Positions 13,601 to 43,200 of a stretch of DNA of 64,000 bases are shown here, piece after piece. A model generated the notes under the pieces. It ran no database searches and was not told where the DNA came from. It worked only from the letters and a program-made list of their open reading frames with translations. Origin of the DNA: Gordius albopunctatus (lineage: Eukaryota); the NCBI GenBank assembly GCA_964276515.1, contig OZ193909.1, forward strand, positions 3,348,001 to 3,412,000, written 5' to 3'. Numbering within the stretch: position 1 is the first letter of the stretch; each line of letters opens with the position of its first letter. The position numbers were made by a program, and so were the translations under genes.

Positions 13601-14338
13601 TTTTATGTGAAAAAGGAGGAGAATTAAAAAAATAGCAGTTAAGGTAAAAATATAGCATTCAAAAGTTCTAAAATTATTGCGAGAATATTTATAATTTTAT
13701 GTAGGATTTATAAATTTATTTACCCTATTTCGGATAAAATACAATATATTGGTAAAGAATAACTCTCTTTTTGTAATAAATGCTACGAAAAGTTACAAGA
13801 ATGCCCGAATTTTTTACCATTCTAATCTGGAATTCGCAAATAAGACGTTTTTTATATATCCAAATTTAAAAGTATTTCAGTTTTTTGTTGTTGCAGAAAG
13901 CTTTTTTGATATATACGGTAATATACCTTTAGGTATCATACATAATAGCATAGGCTACGATATGTATATTGTATTTATTGCATTTGTCATAAAATAATGT
14001 TAATCGAAACTATAGGGTTACTCCTAATATTTGCGACAAAAAAATCAATTTATTGACATAATAAGGCTGAGAAACAACATTATAATCAAAGCTATAAAAC
14101 GTCATAAGACTTCTCTCTTAACTATTTGATATTGTGTAAAGTAAGTTTGTTTCCCCGTTGAATCAAAGTAAGTACGATGTGTGAGACTGTGTTCCGCTCG
14201 GTTTATTATACAACGTTCACTGTAAATCAATATATGATTTTTTCCCCCATACAAATTAAATGATAAGAAAAACGTTGTGAACGCTGGGTCATAACTGACT
14301 TTTGGCATAAGTGTCGTTATCAGTTGCACGAAACAACT

Positions 14339-30265
<15,927 letters not shown>

Positions 30266-31532
30266 TGCTAATGTTAATATTGTTTGTTAAGTAATTTGGC
30301 AAACACCGTTCATATGATTTGTGTTTACATTTTTAATATACATTTGCTATATTTATAGACACCGAAGCTAATTCGAGGATTTCTGACAGCTTACCTGTTG
30401 GGCTTGTGCATTCCAAAGGCAAAAAATCTATTCATGCTAATATAAAAAGTGAGGCAGAGATCGAAATATAACATTTGCAAATTGTTATATATTGCTATAT
30501 AAATTTTTTGATTTAGTTCGCTTTATATTTAATAAAAAAACTCTCTAAAGTGCAGGAAATTATTATATTATATGGAAGGCAAGACGATTAAAAACATGTA
30601 TTATTGTAGGTAGACATTTGGACAAAATGAGCAAAAGGGTTTATGTTGCTCATACACCTCAATTTTGGCGCTAGCCCGCGTTTTAAGTTCACTGCTATGT
30701 GTGTTTTAGGTTCTACCTAATGCATGAAGCATTAAATTTAGCAGATAAAAACTAGCTGGTAGTTGGGTCGGAGCAGTAAAAACTGATGCAAGCAATGAGA
30801 ACATAAAATGCTAGAATCGGATCATTCATCTTATAAAATTTATGAAAATATCAGCCCGATGCAAATTTGAATTATGGATCATGCTTGTAGGTGTGGTTGT
30901 ATTAACACATTTGACCTTTCACGAGTTTGCTGAAATTTTCGAAATTTTATTGGTGTCTGAGAAAGTTATACGATCGCTTTAGATATTTTTAAAGTCATGC
31001 AAGTGGTGTTGATCTCTGTGCCTCTCACGTTAAAAAATACGAGCAAATATCTCCGCTCTAGCCGTAAGTATAGTCAATCGTTAGAGATTCTCTATTATTA
31101 ACTGATGACCGTCCCCCTGTAGTAAAACTTTTGGGTAAAACTGTTGACATGCGAGCGTTGTTAATCTTATACCAGAAGCACCGCCTTGTACTGTGTCTAG
31201 CTAGCTAGATGGACCATTCCAACATTAGCGGTTGGAATACCCCATGTAAATAGTATATTTTTATTTATTATCTATAATATTATTTTCTTTGTGTTAATAC
31301 ATTTATATATATATAAAATATTGATTGTGAAAACTGTTTTGTAAAGTACTATTGTAACTAACTGTAGGTGTAGCCATAACAAAATACACCGCAAGCAACT
31401 TTAAGGTTTTTAAATTAGATACTGAAACTAGTTCCTTTTTGAGAGATCTTTAACAACTCTGCTAATAACAAAGAGCAGCTAACTAAAACACATTGATGTC
31501 ATTATGTGAAATAAATTTTAATGTATATTACC

Positions 31533-33122
31533 TAGAGCTGTTAAGTAACTAGTTACATGTAACTAGTTCCTGTAACTAGTTCCTTTTCTTCGGAAAAGCA
31601 ACAGTAATCAGTTACTTAAACTTTGGAGGAACTGTAACTGCAGTTAGTTACATTAATTCATTAACTATTGACGTTAAGTTACAGTTACTTTTTATAAAAT
31701 TTAAAATTTTTTAATTAAATTTAATAATATAGTTACACGTCTAGTTTGAATGTAAGAACGTTATAAAAAACGAAGTGTTAAAATTCGAAAAATATAAGAG
31801 CGGGTATAAAAAAAAATACAATATATACACTTAAAAAAATTAATAATATAGTTACCCGTCTAGTTTGTGTCCATCGCTTTAAATTTATATTTCCTTCGCG
31901 AATTAAATTTTAATAGTATTTTGAATAGATAAACCATCCTATTAGAAAATATTAATTACAAGCAACACACCTGCAAATCGATCACTGGTGTTTAAGTAGT
32001 AGTAAGGATTTTAAATATCTTGGTTCTAGGGTAAAATGTGATTGGGATGTGGAATGGGAAATTAAGGCAAGAATAAACGCAGACTGGCTAAAATTCAGGG
32101 AGTTGAGTGGTGTCCTATGTGACAAGCACATACCACTCAAATTGAAAGGACGGTTTTATAACACCGTTATTGTACCCACGGTATTTTATGGAGTGGAAAC
32201 CTGGGCAATTAGGGCAAAAGAGGAACAAAGCTTGGCTACAATGGAGATGCGAATGTTAAGATGGATCTTGGGAATAAGCAAAAAGGACCATATAATAAAT
32301 CAAGACATAACGAACAAACTAAATGTAGTTCCGATTCAAAAAAAGTTGATGGTAAGAAGATTGAGATGGTATGGCCATTTAAAGAGACGGGAGGAAAGTC
32401 ACTTGGCAAAACGTATCAAGAAAGTGCAAGTCGAAGGTAAGCGAAAGAGAGGGAGGCCTAAACTGACATGAGAACATAAAATAGATATGGACTGGAGAAG
32501 GTACGAGCTAAAGCGAAGCTAGTTTAAGTGCAGGAATATGCGGAGAAACTTCTTTAAGGAGCTGACCTCTAAGTGTGATAAACAGCTATAGGAACAAAAG
32601 AATAATTTATCATTTTCACAAATAGGAATCAACTGATTATATACTATAAATAATTAGTTTTTGAATTTTTGCTAAATTTACATCTGAATTTTGATCTTTA
32701 AGCCATTTCATATTTGAACCTTTAAAAAGATATGATAATTTTCCTAAATTAATTTTTTTTATTAAATGCAATGTAACCCTACCATCCAGCGCCCCTCGAG
32801 CCTATTTAGTCTTGGTAAACTAATTTTAAGTGAGAAGCGGACAAGCTTATTAGACGACGATATAGAACATAACGTTTTTTAAAGTTGAATCACCATATAT
32901 TCCTGTGTGTTTTTTATTCTAGTATGTAAATAGAATATTTTAATTTTTTTTTAAATTTACCCGGGTAACTTTTAATGTAACTAGTTCCATCAGGCAAGTA
33001 ACTGGAACTGTATTTAGATACTTTTGAAAAAACGTAACTGTAGGTAAATGTAATTAGTTCCTTTTTTTGAAGGTAACTGCAACTTAACTAGTTACCACGG
33101 AGAAGTAACGTTAACAGCTCTA
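31533..33122. mobile_element. hAT-like non-autonomous element with GTAAC/GTTAC subterminal repeats, interrupted by an RTE
   Basis: TIRs tagagctgttaa / ttaacagctcta; clusters of gtaactagttac motifs near both ends; no clean TSD seen. Confidence 0.7.
31975..32605 (+). mobile_element. 5'-truncated RTE LINE 3' fragment
   Basis: KDFKYLGS, ELSGVLCDK, YGVETW, RRLRWYGHL, GKRKRGRPKLT; ends aaacagctataggaacaaaagaa. Confidence 0.9.
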
Positions 33123-34254
33123 ATACCTATAGGCATCTTTATTTGACGCATGAAGAACATATTGTAATAAACACTGAACATTTAATACAAATACGAATAA
33201 ATTAATATTTATATGTGTGGTACTAATTCATATTTTCAAATAAAAACGCTAACACAATAAAGTATAACAACAAAAATAAGAATAGCGAACATATTACGTA
33301 AAAGACGCCAATTAGAGGAGTAAAAATGTAAATGCTCACATAGACAACACCCATTTGAGTAGAAGGACAATATTTTTGGTAAAGTAAGATATTGCACTGT
33401 ATCAATCTAAATCGGCGACTTAGCGATTCAGCATCATTTCGTGACTTTCAGAAATGAGTTTAAAAGTTTGAAGATAAGCCAAAAGGGTTTGTTAAAGCAC
33501 CCAACGTCAATACGCACGATCGAATCTCTTAGGTAAAATGTCGTTTGGACAGATTAAGCTATTTATGGCACCAGTATGATTGGTTCAGATAACTAATTAT
33601 TTTTTTTGGATGGTCAGTTGCACATGCTATAAAGAATGGTAAGGGCCTGAGTATGCTATATTTTGGAGGAAGGTGATGATTAGACAAATTGCAAAGTCAA
33701 GGATTCGAGAAAAATATACACCGACGTACACAAATTAATACACGTGACATTTTTAAAAAGTAGGGTATAATGCTTTGAAAGGAAGAGTATTTTGGAAATA
33801 ACTATGACGACGCATGTGGCGTTTACAATATTTGAGGGTTTTATATATGTCACTACGATAACTATTTCACAATATTAAGGCTATTTTTGAGAAAATGCCC
33901 TTTTTTGCAATTAAATATTTTATAAAACATGAATATATATATTATCGCAATGTAAATAAGATAAATAATTTAATAAGGGCGTATATGTTCTCATAATAAC
34001 GGGAAATTGTTCAGGTGCTGGTTACTCTATAAACACTTTTCATATGGTTTAAGAATTTAAAAATAAGATGATTGTATAATGTGCATACATACACCGCCTG
34101 ATGACATTAAATTCGAATAACCACTTGCTACCCCTGCCATAAAATCATGGAATGTTGAATGCCCCCTTATCGACCAAAGCGGGAATGTTGTACAATAAAA
34201 GATCGTATTCGTATGCCCCACTACATTTTAAATAAAAAATTGCATTTTAGTTTC

Positions 34255-37200
34255 CTAATAGGTCATTTCAATGACACTGAGTCTGCTATGATCTTCGGCA
34301 GCGTTGTTAAACTCACTGACTTGATGGTGGGATTCAGTAGTGTCGATAGCATTGGCAATATTTTTACTGTTATTATCATCTTCACCCATTCCCGAGGTTG
34401 GATCGTTCAAGGGGCCAGTCGTGGTAGCTATGTGTACGCTTTCCATGGTAGCTTGCGTTATTTCTGAAACACTCCCTAAATCAAAGCCAGCGTTTCGGTT
34501 CTCGTATGCGCCAGATGCATGGCAACACACACCCGACATTTTGTCGACTTCCGTCAGGGTTTCAACAGTCGACTCTTCTAATTTGATAACGCTAAGGGCA
34601 TCTATTTCTCGTTGCGATTGCTCTTGCGGCGTAACTGACTCCGCCCCTATAATGGTAGTACTACTTACTACACCGTCGAGCCCGTCATCGTCCATTTGGG
34701 TGGTGTCGGTGTTGATGCCGCTATGACAATCGGCGTCACCATAGTAATCGACGTAATCTTCCATCTTTTGTGGTTGCTGGTGCAACAATCTATGCGAGCT
34801 CGCGCTCTTGTGGGTCGGAGCCGTGGTTCGAGATCGCGTCAGTCTTCCGCCTCCACTGGCCGTGGTGTTGCTTTGATGTAATCCAGCCCCTGTCCTCTTG
34901 CAATGGGATGCGGCGGAACTGACATTGATCTGACACGTGTATACTTCGTCGTCGTCATCCATGGAGTCATTATCTCGCCCGTGTCGGCCATAAGCGCTGA
35001 GTTGTCCATCGTTGGCTATAAGTTCAGCAGCAGCGGCCGCTAATTTAACGTCTTCATCGTTGTCGTAAATCCCGTCGCCTTCTTCATCATCGTCGTCAGC
35101 AATGTTGCTGTGACAACAAACGCTGCCCGTACTACTGCTACACCGATCATCGCGCCACTTATCGAGACTCCTGCGGCGTGCGTTCATGAAAAAATTTCCC
35201 ACCGTGCTCAAGTCCAGGCCCAATTGTTGAGCTATGGTGCTTTGCATCTCCTTCGAAGGACGTTTGGTTTCTTTAAAAATAGCCTGTCCGAAAACAATAT
35301 GGCTATGAACTGTAATCAAATATAACTTGCTAAAATTAATACGTTCCTTTAATCGAATATTAAAACCAAATCAATAGATTAGGAATCATAAGTACTTGTA
35401 ATGTCCTTCTTTGAATGTCCGTAAATACCAATCTTGGTTTCTTGTGCCCATTGCTGCTATTGCTACTACTTTCGGATGAGGCAACCTGGGATTGTATTAA
35501 TTGTTGTTGTTGTTGTGGAGGCTGTTGTTGCTGAACTTGACCTTGTAAAAATTGACACGGCTTATCATCTTTCTTTTTCGCTGTCAATAAAAATCAAAGC
35601 CCGTTGCTATTATATTAAGGATAATATCGTAATAAAATTTAGTAGCAGATATATATTTCCCTTATAAAACAATTAAAAGTAGCACATGGCTATCCTACGG
35701 ATATAAACTGTGGGACAAAATAAGAAGATAATTGGACGAGGTTACAACTTTGTAATTTAGGCCTTTAAGCCACACAAATCCCAATATTTATTACACTGTC
35801 ATTAATACAAATAACGTGTCTGAATGAAATTTAATTAATTTTCAAAAAATTTTGAGTTAAAGGGATCATAAAATTACATGTGATCTAAGAATTATGAGTT
35901 CCTGGGACCAAATTAAGAGCCACGCGAAAAAAGTTTAATTGCGACCTCTACTTTTTTCAAAGTTGACGAATTAAGTCTATTGCGTTAGTAAATACTTTTT
36001 ATTTTATAATCCCAACACTTTTTAATTAAGGATAAAGTTATAATATTTAAATTATTGGGGGATAAGGGATGGTACTAATCTTAAAAGAATGCTTAAAATA
36101 ATAGCTCGATTCTTTTTCCTAAATACTGCATTTGAATATTGGCTCGCTGAAGGTGTTTTGTAAAGCCACATTGAGTATAAATTGTTTGAGATTGCGCTAT
36201 AATAGGTGGTAGCATGTATTTTGTAAAGCTTCTTAAAATCTATAAATTTAAATTTAATGCAGATCTCTTAGCCTGGGTGTGACCAGCACCGAAATTAGAG
36301 TTAGGGAGGGTCAAAATGAATATTTTTTAAAATTTTAGCCATAAATGCATAAAATTTCAACAAATTTGTTGATTTAAAAGGCTCCTCGCCCCCTTCCCTC
36401 GGCTACGCCTCTCTAAGAAGTCAAAGTCGCTATCACCTATTAAGTAACCTTGTCGATTTATTCATATACTATTATTTTTTGGAATAATCATCTTATATCC
36501 CTATATAACCATTTATCAATTTTATTTTGATTTATTTTGCTTTTATATATATGATACAAAATACTTTTAGATAATATTAATATAGTAAGGTGGAGATTTA
36601 ATAGAGCACTTAAATGGAACTTTATAAAATAGGCTTTAAGCCTTTTTATGAAACAAAAAGAGTTGGTATTTAAAAACGAATTATCACTCAAACAAAGCGA
36701 ATGTTAGTCCACGTTTCAAACCCTTTTATTTTTAAGTAGCATTTATTTTAAAAGCTGATGGTAAAAGTTTTTGGAAATGTCGAAAATTAAAAATTCCCAT
36801 AAAATTTTTAAAAAAAACATTCTATGGAGATATATCTATCTATCTTATTGTTTAACCTTTATGTTCTAAAAATTCAAGTTCTTTATGGAATTTTGATAAA
36901 TTCGTTATATAAAACTATTGAAAATTGGCATTTAAGATATTCATGATTCCAAAAATAGTTACACAAACAAAGGCCGCAACTTAATACACCGTTGGGAAGA
37001 TTAAGGTACAAATGTCACCTATATAACACTTTTTGGGGAGTTTCAATGACAAAACTAATCAATAAAAGATCAGAAGATTTTACCCTTGATTTCTAATTAT
37101 AAATGAAAAAATTGCGAAATACACCTTTAACACCTAAATGTTATATTTACAAACGGTAAACTGGTTAAAAATAATTGAGACTTGTGTATAGTTCGAAGTC

Positions 37201-40200
37201 AAGGTCGAATGATGTGGCACTTAAGATGTTTTGTTTGAGGGTGACAAAAAGAAAAATTCATGATTTTTATTTACATAATGACAGACAGGTCCCTAATAAG
37301 TGAAATTGAAAGTTAAGTTTAAATTTAAGCAATTGCTAATATTAAAAAGCAAGAATAGGTAGCCGGAATATTAAAATTTGCTTTTTTATAAGTTGTCAGA
37401 GTTCGACTATTAAATTTTTTTAATATAATTTTTGGATTGACCCAACCCAAGCCATGCCAACATTTTTTTCGAGCCGCGATTCCTATTTATCTTTCTACCA
37501 TTGTTATTAAAGCGCCCCATTAGATTAAATCCTCGGGGCTAAAGTTTATAATTAGTTAACAAGCTAAAGGAATAAATATTTTGGATAATATATTATTTGA
37601 AAAAATAAAGGGTAGAGGAAGAAACCCAAACAAAATTCTTTATCGAGATTTTATGTTTTAATTTTACTTATATTTAGGTATATAATTACTAAATTATGGA
37701 TACAATTTCTAAACATCCTATATACAGCCCTTTTTAAATTACTAGCGAACTTTTAGCCAGCCTCCTTCTCAATTCCCTGGCCAATGTTTAATATATTGCC
37801 TAAGATCACATAGAAATAAATTGTGATAAACAAATAAAGAATTGTGTAAATTTTTGATTTAAGATCCGTTAACAAAGCGAACTTAGTAACGCAATAAAAG
37901 TTTACAAAATGTATTTCTAGCGCAATAAATTAATGTTAATCTAAGGCCCTGTTTCAGTAGCTCACCTAGATTGAAAGTTAAATTAAAAAAATTTAATTAG
38001 CAATAGTTCGCAATTCCTGCAAGCAAAACATTTGGATCTCAATTATTCTAGCATGATCTAGCTAGTTTTAGTGCGAATAAGGGCTGCGGTGTTATCAGTC
38101 AATTGACTATACTTTATGAGGTTGTGAAATAAAACCACAGGAAGAGCGCGAAGAAATGGTAGAAAGCAAGCCTGGCAACTGAATTTTTAATTAAATGCAT
38201 CTGCATTTCGTTTTTTTTATTACGCCTCATCTACAGCTAGTAGTATATTTCTCAACGCTAATCCAAGTTCCAACTGAAAATATATTCCAAAAATTGCGTT
38301 TAGGTTAGTGGACGACTTAGGTAGGCTGAGGATGTAATTAGTTCTACTATAACTTATACAAAATAAAGATTTTTAATTAAAAAAATTAATTAATTGTATC
38401 TCACTTTCAAAAGTTGTTGATAGAAGAAGGAATAAATTAGTCAAATTTTCACTTAAATCGTAAACTTAATCGAGTTCCGTGAGGAGATGACAGTGCCGTA
38501 GGTAAGGGACTATAAAATTAAAAAATTTTCAATTATATGGAAAAACAAATGAAAATATAGAACGGAATGGGCTTATGTCACATTATATATTTAATACTTT
38601 TTCATAGAAAACCATTTTAACTCAAAAAAACGAAAAGGGTTCGGATGGCCTAGCTATACTTGACTCCAGTTAGCTAAATAATATTTTTATATTTTATGTG
38701 TTTTTTATAAAGTTTATTTAACCTCATAATTATTTAATTATTACAATTATAATTTCAATCAATATTAATGTTTCCTCATCATTTATTCATAGAACTATGA
38801 TTTTTTAATAGTGGAGGAAGTATGAATTTTTTTAATAAGTTGTTGAATAAAATCTATCAAGTTTCTAATTAAATTTAAGATAGGTTTTTTTGAGACTCAT
38901 GATTTTTTAACATAACACATATAAAGAAATAATTGTTTTAATGTTGACGAAAAATTTGCATTTAAACACGGCAAAATAAAAGAATTTTTGGTAAAGGGTC
39001 CAGACTGGGCGAGTAGTTTAAACAATGGTTTTCGTTGGCATATTCAGAAAAAGTAAAAGGAGCTTATTTCAAAGTGGGCCTTTGGAAACAAGATCACAGG
39101 TGGAATTAAGTCTGAAAATTAAAATACTTTAAGGGTTAATGCTTTTTTTTACGTACAAGCATAATATTGAATATATCTTTCATGCATTTTTCTATCAAAA
39201 CTATCTTAGATTTTGAATATAAGGATTTTCATTAATTTTTGTTGAATCGGAAATTTTTAACACAAAATTAACCCCACTCTCTTGGGTAATCTTGCCCGCG
39301 TCACTGATTTATGTAATCTTAATAATTTGTTTGATAGTACTATTTATCAAAAAATTTATCTTGCCTATGCCACTGGGAGATACAGTCTGGTATGGCCTTA
39401 ATTCTCAATTTTTTTGGTAGATAAAGAATTTTGGATTTTGCTGGGATTTCTGAATTCTCTTAATTTTATGAAAGGGTTTAAACATTTTTGAGCCCAATTT
39501 ATAGGAAAAAGACTTGTATATTATACTATTTTGTAAGTGTAACAAAACTAGGGAATAAAATTATGACAAAACAGTACAACTAAAAAGTGGTAGTTAAAAG
39601 GTAAAAAATGAGTTATTTGAAATATTTAAACATGGAAACATACTAAATATTGACGACTCTCAAGTTTATATAAATATTAAAGTTAATCTGATAGATACAT
39701 CTTTTTCGAAATTAACACTTAAACAAATGGCATTGACTACGGATATAATTGGAACACGTTTTTCTCCACAAAAATTTTATGTAATATACTCCGATTTGTC
39801 AAAATAAGAAGGTCCTTAATTGAAGGTTAATGAAAAAAAGGCATTTGCGCAAAATAAAAAATGTAAAATATTTGGACAAAAAATTAAACGGCAAATTACA
39901 AGCTTGACCTTTAAGTCATTAATATATGCAAAGATTTTTTGCATATATATAATGTTGTCATCATGGGTGCAGCCAGGATTGGATTTAGAGGGGGGCATAA
40001 TTATTTAAAGGGGCAAGATGATAATTTTAGAAATTTTAGCCATAATTATATTAAATTTTGAAACAATTTTGGATTTAGAGGGGGGGGGGTAGCGGCCCCT
40101 TCCTGCGACCCTCGACTACGCCCATGATTCGCCCAACTCGCTCATTCGATTAGCAAATATTAATTTATCCATAAATATTTTAATGATATTAAAAACAACC

Positions 40201-43200
40201 ATGAATCAAATGTGCATTAAACTTTTTCATAATAAATATAATATACTCTTGTTAGTTAGATATATATGAAACAATAATAATACATAATATTGCATAATTT
40301 TTAATTTTCGTAGTTAAGGAATTCACATAATAGGATATAAAGATATAATCTTACCCTTGTTTCTAAGATTGTTGGCGTCCACTTTTCCGATTGCTGCAAA
40401 TGAAAATATTGATTAATAGCAATTAATAATAACCCCGTGCACTGAAAAAAATAAATTAAAAAAGTATAACTTAAGGTAAACCTTCAATGTTTAATGTAAT
40501 GCTTAAAATCAAATATTCACAGAAATTAACATTTGGTGTTAGCACTTTCTTTTTGCCTAAATTCGTATTTTACATTCCCTAGTGTCCTTATTCGGTATCT
40601 AACAATTTATTTGTCAGGATTTAATTTCTATTCCAAGTGTCCCTAATTCCTAAAAAGTTTCTATCAAGGTTTTTAAATATTTTTGAAATAATAATATGTA
40701 AAAGGCCAATTATTATTTTTGGTAAGGACACCACCTAACTGCTATAAATCACAGTGCTACATCGATTTAGGGCTCGATACCACGAGGGTGAGGGTGTCCC
40801 TGGGCATAGCCAGGAATGAGATTTGAGAGGAGGGCAAGATGGACAAAGGGATTGGTAATGATTTAGGAGGGGACAAAATAAAAATTTGTCGACGCCCCTA
40901 TCAGGCCTAATGAGAGAAAATACATGGGCTTAGCCAGGGGCAGGCAGGGAGGGGCGGCTGCCCCCTCTAAATCCGAAAACTATTTGAAATATACTGAAAT
41001 CATGGGCAAATTTTTACAAAATTATAATTTTGCCCCTCCTTAAATCATTTTTGCCTCACCCCCTCTAATTTCAATGCTTGCTACGCCCATAAGGAAATAT
41101 GTAAAAATCGAGAAATTTTGAATCACCAGAAAGGGTTGTGTTGGGGACAATGACGGGAGCATAGGTTATCGTTATAGAATTGTTGGCGTGCAGAAGGTTC
41201 CCACCACATAGCTTATTGTTAGCCGAGGGGGGCGGGCCATTAGTCCTGGTATCGAGCCCTTCTCCGGTATCGAGGCTATTTTGTGGGCCTCGCTTGATGG
41301 ACACTTTAAAATGGGTTTAAAGTCACGTTGTGTACATACTAAAACTCGTCAAAATTAAAACTGTTAAACATTTAAAGTGTTGCCTTTTTTTTAAATAGCC
41401 CCATTATAAATTCGTTTTTCGCTATTAGAGTTGCGTGTGTTTAGGTTCATGCGCGTAGCCAAGGGGTGGCGAAGAGTGGCAGCTGCCCTCTCTAAATATA
41501 TTAACGCTTAAATTTTTTAAAAATATAATTTTGCCCCCCCCCCCATAGTTCCACTACTGGCTGCGCCCGTTTTTAGGGTTTATAAATATTGTCCACTCAA
41601 GCGCCCCCTCTCCCCCTGAATAATTTTAGATAGATTTTATATAAAGTTAAGCATTTAATAATAATAATTTAATTTATAGTATAATAAAGCTCTGGAACTG
41701 ACGAAAAATCTGAAACGTGTAAGTTGCAAACAGTATATTATAATACATATAAAGTAATATTAGACAAAAACTTTCGGGGCATTTTGCATATAATAAATAT
41801 GCTGTTTTGATAATAAATTGTAGTTGTAGAAAAATGCACAATTCACCAACTTAATAGATAAAGGAAAAGACATTAAAGCATTAATCTTTTAAAAATTATG
41901 ACTTCGGTATGCGGACTCACCCTACCTAATCAATCATAGAATTTAGGTGCTAATTGTTTGACACGTGTTATAAAATTTGTGTTCAAGAGCTTATAATTTT
42001 GGTTTTACCAGATTGTTTTGCGTTTTTTAGAAGAATTAAACAAGAAAGAATAACTAATCTAACACTGGGCCAGTTTCACTATTACTTTACAACTTTGCAG
42101 GAAGTTTATTTATACCATGTTATTCCTAAATTTAGAGTATTTGCTACTTGATAGGTTTTGATAAGTATGCAGGCACAGGCATCTGGCATTGCCAACTTCA
42201 TTGGATCAAATTACGTAACAGATTCAAAACAAATATCAGAGTTTGAAGAAATGAAAAATTTCTCAAAAGTTTGCTCGATTTATTAATATTTTGGTGCATT
42301 ATTATTGTTTCTTGCGCATTTTTCAACGTTATTTTAGGGTAAAATTACTCTTTTTTCGACTAATAAATTTTTTTTTAATTAAGCAACTGATATTATACTG
42401 TATAAAGCGAAAACCCCATTGATAAAAGTGGCGGGTGATTTAAAATATTCTGCAGCAATTATTATAATTTATAAATAAACAAATCTCAAAACAGTCCATA
42501 GGTGTAAATTTATATATATATAATATTTCTTGAATTTTTTACCGACCGTCCTCAGCATACACAATAAGTTTCATAATTTATAGGCAAATTCATTTTATTC
42601 ACTTGTTTAGTAGTATATATCCTTGATTTATATTTTTTGACCAATATTTAATTAACGATTCTTTTTGAGGGCGCTAAATGACGTTAAATCAAAAATTAAT
42701 TTATATTCTGAGAAAATTAAAGCTTTATAAATTAATGTTATGCTAAATTCTGTTTCAAGTAGTAAAACCTTTCAACGTTCAAATAAATTTAAACCAATTA
42801 TATTATTCTAGTCTGGGGCACGAATAAATTGGGAGGTATAGAGGGATACCGTATAAGAAACCTAAAAATATATAAAATTAAGGGTTTGAAATTAAATGAA
42901 TTTATATGCCTATGAAAACAGGTCAGCACTCAGCATAAAGTGAAAAATATAAATCTTAACAATTTTATAATTGAAATATCTAAAAATGAGGATTTATCTT
43001 TGGGTGGCTCGTTATATTCCTCTCCTCCCTTTTCTTGTTAAGAAGCCCGTTTGTCATTTAATTGAACGGGAACCCTGTAATTTTCTTCGAGCACATTATA
43101 AAGCGCTGGCTCTGTGTCCCCATGCTCACCCCAGCTTTCCCCTTCATTAATTCCGCTCGCTACTTGCTATCATCGATCGATAATTTTATTTGCTGTATTA

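Noticed and set aside
34159..35667. Plus-strand ORFs overlapping onecut exons 2-3 (and 46486-46689, 48455-48658)
   Set aside because: Antisense shadows of GC-richer coding sequence.
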